Notes under the pieces: model-generated
Database searches by the model: none
What the model saw: only the letters and a program-made list of their open reading frames with translations
What the model was told of the DNA's origin: nothing
Shown here: positions 34,118 to 43,900 of the stretch, one piece after another
Layout: each line of letters begins with the position of its first letter
Position numbering within the stretch: position 1 is the first letter of the stretch
From: Histomonas meleagridis 2922-C6/04-290x
Taxonomy: Eukaryota; Protista; Parabasalia
Reading direction: 5' to 3'
NCBI GenBank assembly: GCA_020184695.1
Contig: JAANOX010000205.1
Location: 124,001 to 188,000 of the forward strand
Length of the DNA: 64,000 bases
Made by a program: the position numbers and the translations under genes

Positions 34118-34442
34118 TTTTGTAAATATGTATATAAAATTAAATTTTTGTTTTTAAAATATTTCGATTTCAATTCAATAATTGCAAGAAATATGAATCA
34201 ACTCATTTTTATAATTATTTGATAAAACTGTTTAAATAAAAGTTTTAGTATAGTCAAGACATTGTATTATTATACTTTTTTTTTTAATAATTAGTTTTAC
34301 ATTTTTATATAATATATATAATGTATTTTAACAAATATATTACATAAATTTCATTATAAATATTTGTAGAAAACAAAATTACAAATTATATTTGAAGAAG
34401 CGCAATTTTATTCAAATTTGTTTAAAAAAATTTATTTTAGAT

Positions 34443-35381
34443 CTATTCTATCAAGTTGTCATGGAGCATTGTTTTTGGCGATTCATCGGATATCAATTCA
34501 ATATCGTTATTATCCTCATCCTTTTTTGCGTTGTCTATTGGTTTCATGTATAGCATTGCGATCACAATCATCAAAACGGGCAAATCCCCCAATATAAATG
34601 TTTTTATTAACATAATCAATAGATAAGCATTCCTTCTTTTTTTAACAGGAACATGCTTGATAGCAAATCTAACATAAAGCACCTTATACGGGTCTTTAAA
34701 ATGGAAATATGCATTATAAACAATTCCAAAAAAGTTAAGAAATGAATTAAAAAAAAGAATGATTTTCATTTTCTTACAATATCCGGGTGTAACTATCCAT
34801 TCGATATCTTTTAAAAAGACAAAAGCATATGTACATACATATGTATATAGGAAAATTGATAAATATTCAAAAACATTTGATAAACAATAAAAAATATCAT
34901 CAGGTACAAATCTTATTAAAATCCCTAATAATATTACAACAACATATATAAAAGTGATTGCCATGATGAAAATCATAATGAAGTTTAAAGTCATCCCAAA
35001 CTTAGGGTGAATTAGTTGGATGAGAAATATGGCTTGATTGCTGGTAACAATATACGTAAAAGACCTGAGAGATGAACTTAATAAAGAAAGTGATTGTACT
35101 ATATTGTCATAATATGGATAGAAACAAAGAATAAAGTTAACTGTTGAATAGAAAATCCCGGGAAAAGTCAAAAAAGTCATTGTTCGGTTGGCCTTTGTTG
35201 GGTTGTTGAAAAAATTACAAGCAAACTTAGAAAAAAAATAAATTAATACAAAAGAAGAAATTCCTTGAACAAAAACAAGGGTAATTAAGAATGGACTAAT
35301 CCCACAGTATTCGAATGTAGCACCGCTTACACATTTTTGGTCAAATATATAGCTCGAGAATGCGCTTTGGAAAGATACCAT
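34443..35381 (-). CDS. Multipass (about 7 TM) membrane protein, paralog 1
   Basis: About 7 hydrophobic segments; shares C..GATF..CG, NPTKANR.M and WIV.P.YCKKMK with two neighbours. Confidence 0.85.
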   Translation of the reverse strand: MVSFQSAFSSYIFDQKCVSGATFEYCGISPFLITLVFVQGISSFVLIYFFSKFACNFFNNPTKANRTMTFLTFPGIFYSTVNFILCFYPYYDNIVQSLSLLSSSLRSFTYIVTSNQAIFLIQLIHPKFGMTLNFIMIFIMAITFIYVVVILLGILIRFVPDDIFYCLSNVFEYLSIFLYTYVCTYAFVFLKDIEWIVTPGYCKKMKIILFFNSFLNFFGIVYNAYFHFKDPYKVLYVRFAIKHVPVKKRRNAYLLIMLIKTFILGDLPVLMIVIAMLYMKPIDNAKKDEDNNDIELISDESPKTMLHDNLIE

Positions 35382-35890
35382 TTAAAAAAATCGTTTTTTT
35401 TTTGCATCGTTCAGGATTTTGAACAACCGTAATTGTTAATTGAAATTTATAAATTCATAACAAAACTTATATGTCATGACATTTTACTTCACACAAATTT
35501 GAAAGCATTTGCTGATATTATTGATTATAATTTGAATGTAAATTGAATTATAAGAGACGTTTTAGGTCGAGAACATTCAGGCGATATCATATTTACATCC
35601 ATGCATGGAAATATGTTGTTTTATTGAGCTCAGCAACAACAAAAAAAAACCCCTGAAAGGCAAAAGTTTATGAAGAAAATGTTTTAAAATTTGAAAAAGT
35701 TTTTAAGTGTAAACGAGATGTTTTACGTGCAAATGTGCAATCAATTTTTTTTTGACTGTAATTGTTATTTTAGAAAGTCTTTTTGCTCAAAATGAAAAAC
35801 ACTAATTATAACTCTTAATGGCCAATTTCAGAAAAGTTCCAAATGATATTCAAAATATTTTTGATATTTATATAAAAATCAAATTTAATT

Positions 35891-36898
35891 TTATTCTATC
35901 AAAAGGCTATGTATCATTGGTTTAGAAGGTACATCCTTTAATTCGGATTCATTATCATTATTTTGTACATTATCCTTCGGATTCATGTAAAGCATTGCAA
36001 TCACAACTGTTAAGACAGGTAATTCACCCAAAATAAATGTTCTTATGAACACAGAAGAAAGATAAATTTTTCTTCTTATTTCCTTTGAGTCAATTCCCAA
36101 TATAAATGCAACATATATCATTTTTACTGTTTGTCCATAACGATCATAAATGCTGAAAATAATGTGGAATAAGTTAAAGAATGAATTAGCAAAAAGTACA
36201 TATTTCATTCTTTTACAATATTCTGGAGAAAGTATCCATTCGATCTGTTCTGATACAATAAATGTATAGATACATGAATACGTGTATAACAAAATTGATA
36301 AGTTTTCAGCAACAACTGAGAATGTATGAAAAAATGCACCATCCATAAATCCATTTATAAAGCCATATATGACTACGCATGAATGAAATACGCTGATGTA
36401 CATGATAAAAATCAGTAAAAATCGAAAAATTTTTGCAATTTTTATAGAAATAAGTCGAACAAGAAATATAACTTGATTTGTAGCAACAATGTATGTAAAA
36501 CATTTTAGTGACGAACTTAATAAAAATAAAGATTGAATTGCATATTCATAATAAGGATAAAAACATAAAATACAATTGACAATTGAATAAAAAATACCTG
36601 GTAGAGTTAAGAAGGTCATTGTTCGATTGGCTTTTGTTGGATTGAAGAAAAAATTACGGGCATATATAGCAAAGAAATAAATTAATATAAAAGACGAAAT
36701 TATTTGAACGATAATCAGGGAAATTAGAAAAGCATCAGATCCGCAATCTTCGAATGTAGCTCCAATTAGACATTGAGAATCATTTATATATCCAAAAGGA
36801 GTGTACAAGAAAATCATTAAAAAATCGGTTTTTTGAATGCCTTTGAGAAAAAAAAATTTACACTTCTGAAATAGGGTTAAATTTTCAAAATAATTCAT
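35891..36898 (-). CDS. Multipass (about 7 TM) membrane protein, paralog 2
   Basis: Same motifs as 34443-35381. Confidence 0.85.
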   Translation of the reverse strand: MNYFENLTLFQKCKFFFLKGIQKTDFLMIFLYTPFGYINDSQCLIGATFEDCGSDAFLISLIIVQIISSFILIYFFAIYARNFFFNPTKANRTMTFLTLPGIFYSIVNCILCFYPYYEYAIQSLFLLSSSLKCFTYIVATNQVIFLVRLISIKIAKIFRFLLIFIMYISVFHSCVVIYGFINGFMDGAFFHTFSVVAENLSILLYTYSCIYTFIVSEQIEWILSPEYCKRMKYVLFANSFFNLFHIIFSIYDRYGQTVKMIYVAFILGIDSKEIRRKIYLSSVFIRTFILGELPVLTVVIAMLYMNPKDNVQNNDNESELKDVPSKPMIHSLLIE

Positions 36899-37354
36899 TC
36901 AATCCAGATGATCAAGGGGAGTTCAATTCAAAAGGATCATTTGGAACAGATTGTGAATCTCTGTTTGCATATCGAGAAAATCTAATATCTCATTTCTGTC
37001 ATTAAATAACACAAATCACTAATATGCTCTCTGAAACCCATGATAAGGAATATAAAAATATATGTTATTATCCATTCGGTTCGTTCTTGTTCATGATAAA
37101 TCAAATTGAATATAACCGTCAATGTGAAAGTAAAGTTTTTTAATTGCATAAAAATTGTTTTGCCGGGGATAATATTATTAACGGGTTTTCCAATTTTCGG
37201 CGGGCTTTTACCATGGACGCGACCGTTTATGACGACCGTTATGCACTGGAAATACGGTTTCTCGGGTTTGAATTGATATATCCGTTATCAATATTTTCCA
37301 AAGGAACTTTGCGACTGGGAAACACTTCCATCAATAAATCAAGCAATTTTTGGT

Positions 37355-38702
37355 TTGGATGAAGAAAATTTCACTAAAGCTTTAGGTTTAATAATCAGCA
37401 AATTTGATGAAACCCATCCTTTATCTTATGATTTCATGATTATTCAAATGATATATTATTCCTTTGTAATTAAAAACAATAACATAGATTTATTTTTAAA
37501 TATTATAAAAGAAATAAGAACATTTGAAATTAATAAAATCAAATCCAATGTATTTGATTTATTTGGGCAATTTCTTAATAATGAGCATACACATGAATCA
37601 TATTATCTTCTTGAAGCTATGGTTGAACATAATTTTCTTGAACCACTTATCGTAAAAAACAACCAGAGTGCTTATTTTGTACATTATATGTCTAAAGAAG
37701 AATTATCAATCTATTTAAGGGAACATGATTTTGTAAATTATGAAGAACTTTCAAAGAATGAATGGGAACTTCATAAGAAATATGTTAAAGAAGGACATAA
37801 TCCGAATGAAATTGCAAAAATAATTCGAAAAGATGAAATAGAAAAACTTCAAGAAATTTCATCACAAACAAATTTTAATTTTAATCAAACAATTGAGCCA
37901 TCACTTTATGAAAGATGTTCATTTATTAATCAAAAGAATGTTTCATTAATTGATTATGCAGCATTTTTTTCTTCAGTTAAATGTTTTAAATATTTACTTA
38001 TGAATGGAGCAAAATTAGATAATACAGGTAAATATGCAGTTGCAGGTGGAATTGAAGAAATCATTCATTTATGTGAACAAAATCATTCAATATTTGAAGA
38101 TGCTTATGAAACAGCAATAGAATTTCATCGAAACGGAATTTTTAAATATATTTATGAAAATAAATTAAAAGAAATTAATAATTTAGAAGAATTAGGAAAT
38201 CTTTGTATTTTTTATCATAACTATGAAATATTCTCATTTTTAGTTAAAGAAGGAATGAAAATCAATGATGATATTATTGATGAAGCAGCAATTATTGGAA
38301 ATATTTTTTTAGTTGAATATTTTCTAAAAGATCATACAATTCCGCATGATATATTGGTGTTTTCAGCTGAATCAGGAAATATTGAACTTGTTGAATACGT
38401 TTTAAAACAAGAAGGAATTGATATTAATGCTAAAGATATTTATTTGTTTTATTTAAAATTTATTTTAATAATTTGATATATCAAAATAATATTTGGAAAT
38501 TATTTAAATTATTTTGGACAGCACTTATGAATGCATCTAATTACGGTCATACAGAAATAGTTAAATTACTTCTTGAACAAGAAGGAATTGATATTAATGC
38601 TGATGATATTTATTTGTTTTATTTAATATCTATTTTAATAATTTTATATTTCAAAATAATATTTGGAAATTATTTAAATTATTTTGGACAGCACTTATTT
38701 AA
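37355..38702 (+). CDS. DUF3447-type ankyrin repeat protein interrupted by eight 17-nt inserts (5' start unresolved)
   Basis: IIRKDEIEKL, AAFFSSVKCFKYL and YAVAGG motifs. After insert removal it reads ...[50 protein letters not shown]. No in-frame ATG lies between the stop at 37274-37276 and the track start (TTG). Confidence 0.75.
38438..38514 (+). other. Four 17-nt inserts separated by single codons AAA, GAT, GGA
   Basis: GAT[38438-54]AAA[38458-74]GAT[38478-94]GGA[38498-514]TGG; 77 nt = 4x17 + 9; each insert ends in ATTT. Confidence 0.9.
38608..38684 (+). other. Four 17-nt inserts separated by single codons AAT, TAT, GGA
   Basis: GAT[38608-24]AAT[38628-44]TAT[38648-64]GGA[38668-84]TGG; inserts nearly identical to those in 38438-38514. 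Confidence 0.9.
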
Positions 38703-39477
38703 AACAGCACTTAAACATTTCTACCAAATATGCAATACTATTAATACAACAAATCATTGATACATGTATTAACCTTTTCAACATATATATGTTATATAAT
38801 TACCATCTAAAATCAATAAAAGATATGCAACTGTTAAAAAAGAATTTTCATATTATATCCTTTGCGCATTTTATGGTAATTAAATTTCCTTTAGCATATC
38901 ATAATCGTAAATTTATATGTTTATGTATCCTGTTTTAAATAATATTATTAAAAATCATTCACACAAATCGCATTTAATAATAAAATATATTTATTAATTT
39001 TTTTCTTTTTCTTATTTTCCAACACCAAAATGGAAATGCTTGTTCCTGTTTACAGTCACATGGGACTTTGGATAATTTTTAAGCCATTCCATACCAAACA
39101 TATCGGATTTAAAAAATTTTTGTTTATTACTCATAACAATTTTACATTTTAAGACTTTAATATAACTTTTATTAACAACTCTATTATGTAACATTATTTT
39201 AGAAGGACTCTTTTATTTAGTTTCATATTCATTCTTCTGAAATATTATATCGCTTCATATTAAGCATCTCAATCACATTATTACATGTAAATTATCTCAG
39301 GAAAAAAATTTTTTTTATGAAATCAAATGATCAAGTTTTTCTTTTAAGCAAAAACTTTATAAAATAAAGTATGAATCCGATCTTTATTCATATTATATAT
39401 TATTTTTAACACTTTTCATGTATATATATCACCTAGAAATTTTAAATATTCTATGTGAAAAGCTCAAGATAAAACAA

Positions 39478-40416
39478 TTATTGGATTAAATTATCATATA
39501 TTATTACTTTAGATGTATTTTCTGAAGACGAATCAGTTTTACTGTCACCATTTACGATGTTATCATTTGGCTTCATATATATCATTGCAATCACAACCAA
39601 TAAAATAGGCAAACTTCCAAAAACAAATTTTTGCAAGAAGAAAAACAAAAAGATAAATGTTCTTCTTGTTTCAACAGACCAACCATTTAATACAAGAATA
39701 ATATAAGGGAATATTATGTAATCGCCGCTATGGAAAATGTTTCTAAAAACAATGTTAAAAAAACTAAAAAGAGAATTAACAAAAATTAGAATTTTCATTT
39801 TTTTGCAATACCCTGGTGAAACTATCCATTCGACATCTTTTGAAAAAACAAAAATATAAACACAGACAAATGTATATAATAAAATTGATAAATTTTCAAT
39901 AACAAGAAGTGTGGTATAACCTGAGAAATCAAAAAGAATTACTGATATGGCCTCTAAAAAGGTAAGGATGGCATATAATGCATTAGTTATTCCAATTAGT
40001 ATCAAGATAAAGTATAGCACTAATCCAAAATTAGGCGAAATAACTCGGATGAGAAATATTACTTGATTCGCAGCAACAATATATGTAAAGCATCTGAGTG
40101 AAGTGGCTAACATATAAAGTGATCGCATTGAATCTGCATAATTTGGATAGTAGCAAAAAAAAATATTGACCGTGGAATAAAAAATCCCTGGGAGAACCAA
40201 TGATGCCATTTTTCGATTGGCATTCGTTGGGTTGCTGAAAAAATTATGCGCAAATTTGGCAAAAAAATAGAATAATATAAAAGAAGAAATACTTTGAGCA
40301 ACAACAAGGGCAGATAAAACAGGGTTGTACCCACAGTCTTGGAATGTAGCCCCGATTAGACAGTCGGAATCATTGAAAACTTCGTTCTGGAAGAGGAAGA
40401 AAAGTTTTTCTGACAT
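39478..40416 (-). CDS. Multipass (about 7 TM) membrane protein, paralog 3
   Basis: Same family motifs; ATG at 40416. Confidence 0.85.
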   Translation of the reverse strand: MSEKLFFLFQNEVFNDSDCLIGATFQDCGYNPVLSALVVAQSISSFILFYFFAKFAHNFFSNPTNANRKMASLVLPGIFYSTVNIFFCYYPNYADSMRSLYMLATSLRCFTYIVAANQVIFLIRVISPNFGLVLYFILILIGITNALYAILTFLEAISVILFDFSGYTTLLVIENLSILLYTFVCVYIFVFSKDVEWIVSPGYCKKMKILIFVNSLFSFFNIVFRNIFHSGDYIIFPYIILVLNGWSVETRRTFIFLFFFLQKFVFGSLPILLVVIAMIYMKPNDNIVNGDSKTDSSSENTSKVIIYDNLIQ

Positions 40417-40956
40417 TAAAAAATTCAGTTTACTTCTCAAGTAAAGCTAACAAAAAGTTTGTTAAAGTTGTTTTTAGTGAATTTAAATCGTCTTTGAGCA
40501 AAAAATGAAATTTTCTTCTCAGCGTAAACTCACAAAAATCATATTTATTCGTGAAAAAATGATTGGCATGAATATAGCTTCATCAAAAACAATTGAAAAC
40601 AAAAGCACATTTTGTTTTGCACAACATTTTGAAATCTGTAATTTTAACGAACAAAATTATACCATTTGGTTTGTATTGTAGAAAGAGTTTCTTGAAAAAG
40701 TACAAAGTAATATGAATTAAACCAATATAATTATAAAATATTAAATAAAATTTATTTATTGATATAGCAGATTTTTAAATCATATTACTGAATTTTTTTA
40801 ATAAATCGAATAGTATAATAGGGAAAAAATTTAACGCGATAAATTGAGAAAAAATACCACCCATATTTATGATTTGGAAAGTTTCCATTTGTCAACAACG
40901 ATAATGCTATTAAATTATTTAATGGGAAGAAGAGTATAATCGAACGTAAGTAAATC

Positions 40957-43900
40957 TTAAATTTGATTAATTATATTGTTTTCTTCGAAGTCATTTGCAA
41001 ATGGATCTTCTTCAATATTTGAGTTGATTATACCAGTTCCAAATATATTTTCTCCTTCATTTTCTTCAACACTATTTACTTCTTCTAATTTACTTCGTTG
41101 TTTTTTATATCTCTTGCGAATTAATAAAATAATAGCCAATAAAATGATGATAATTAATATAATTGATACTGAAATACTAATTATAATTATATTTTGATTT
41201 TCATTATTTATCATTTCTTTATTATTTACCGAAGTATAATAATTAAAATAATAACTATAATAAAATGAATATAAAACAATTGTGTATTTATAATATATAA
41301 TTTCTGTTTCAACATAAGTAAATAACATATCAAAATATGATATAGAAATTGATTTTGAATTTATATAATTACAGATTGAAATAGTATGTGTATATGTTAA
41401 TAAATATGTTAATGTGAATGAGAAAGTTGTATTTTTCAAATATAAAGAACTAAGTTTTTCTAAATCTATAAATGTATTTGACTTGGAAAATATGTTTGAC
41501 TTTGAAAATGCTTCTGATTTAGTAAATGTGTTTGATTCAGTAAATATATTTGATTTTGAAAATGTGTTTGATTCAGTAAATATATTTGATTTTGAAAATG
41601 TATTTGATTCTGTAAATATGTTAGTTGGTGTGCTTGTGAATTGCTTTGTAGGCATCGGAAGGCATTCACTAGATGTTGTTCCTTTATAAATATTTAGTGT
41701 TCCAAATTTTGTGCCTTGATATTCATCAAACACCATGACTGAAATTGTTCCTGTATCATAAAAAGCATGTGAATCAATTTTCGGCTCAGTTTCACCATGA
41801 AAATAAATACATTTAAGATTATTACAATCCGAAAAAGCATAACTTTGAATTGTTAATTTCATATTATTATAGAAATAAATGGTATTTAGATTGGTACAGT
41901 ACCAGAAAGCGCCCCATTCAAATGTTATCTCTGAACTATAAATAGTGATATTATTTAAACTCTTACATTGATAAAAACCATAATTTCCAATTGTTAATAC
42001 ATTTTCTCCTATACTAGCCATTGATAATTTTGAACAACTAGAAAAAGCATAATTTCCACTTGTTTTAACTGAATTCGGAATATTGATTGAATTAAGATTA
42101 ATACATTGATAAAAAACATAATTTCCAATTGTTTTAACTGAATTCGGAATATTGATTGAATTAAGATTATTACATTGATAAAAAGCATAATTTCCAATTG
42201 TTTTAACTGAATTTGAAATATTGATATTATTTAAACTCTTACATTGATAAAAACCATAATTTCCAATTGTTATTATATTTTCTCCTATAGTAACCATTGA
42301 TAATTTTGAACAACTTGAAAAAGCATAATTTTCAATCTTTGAAACAGAATTAGGGATATCAAAACTTTGATCTTCTTTATTTGGAGGATAAAATATAATA
42401 ATTGATATATCCTTGGTATAAAGAACTCCATCATTTTCAAAATTGGAATAATTCAAATTATATTTTGAAACATTAACAAATTGAAGATTTCCACATCCAT
42501 AAAATGCATATTTACCAATTGTTTCAATTGATTTTGGAATTGATATATTTTCTAATTTACTGCATTGATAAAATGCATAATTCCCAATCGTTGTTGCGTT
42601 TTCTCCAATGATGATTGTAATTATTTGAGAACAATAATAAAAAGCATAATTACCAATTGTTGTAATAGAATTCAGATTTATGATATTTCCTATATTAGTG
42701 CACCGACCAAATGCATAATTTCCAATAATTTTAAGTGAATTTGGTATTGTTACATAATTTAATTTAGTGCAATAATAAAATGCATAATCACTAATAACAG
42801 TAATAGAATTTGGTATTGTGAATTCAATTAATTTAATGCAATAAGAAAACGTGTATTCTTTAATCATTGTAATTGTACCAGCTATTACTATTTTAGTTAA
42901 ATTATCGCAATGATAAAATGCCGAATTTTCAATTGCATTAATGAAATAAGAAGTTATAACATGCAAATTAATGCAATATGAAAATGCATATTTTTCTATC
43001 TTTTGAACAAATTTTGGTATTTCAAAATTCTGATGTGTTTTTTCTGGAGGATAAAATATGATATTTGAAAGATTTTTATTATAAAGGATTCCATCATCTT
43101 CAAAATTGGAAAAATATTGATTGCTTTTTGAAACCGTTATTTGATTGAGATTATTACATTGAAAAAATGCACAATTTCCAATTGTTTCAACAGAATTTGG
43201 AATTAAAATATTAGATAGATTTTTACAATAAGAAAATGCATAATCTTTAATTATTGATACATTTTCCCCTATAGTAATTGTTAGTAATTGAGAACACCCA
43301 TAAAAAGCAAAATCTCCAATTACTGCAACTGAATTTGGTATTATAATATTTCCTAAATTAATACATCGATAAAAAGAATAATCTCCAATCATTAATACAC
43401 TGTTTCCAATGAAAACTGTTGATAACATGGAACAAAAATAGAAAGCATAGTTTCCAATTGTTGTAACTGAATTTGGTATTATAATATTTTCTATATTAGT
43501 ACATCGATAAAAAGCATAATCTCCAATCATTAATACATTTTCTCCAATAGCAATAGATGATAACATGGTACATTTATAAAAAGCATAGTTACCAATTGAT
43601 ATAACTGAATTTGGAATTGTGATATTGTTTAAATTTTTTAAATTTGAAAATGCTGCATTTCCGATTGATATTACATTTTCGCAAATGATAATTAAAGACA
43701 ATTTAGAACAATCAGAAAATGCATTGTTTCCAATCATTTTCACTGAGCTTGGAATTGTAACATTATGTAAATTATTACACTGATAAAAAGCATAATCTCC
43801 AATTGTTTCCACATTATCATTAATTACAACATTGATAAAATTGGAATAAGAAAATGAATAACTTCCAATTGATTTAATTATATTTGGTATCAAATAAATT

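Noticed and set aside
38438-38684. CRISPR-like or minisatellite reading of the 20-nt periodic AT-rich units
   Set aside because: The context is eukaryotic with no cas genes, the variable parts are 3 nt, and they encode the ankyrin consensus in frame.
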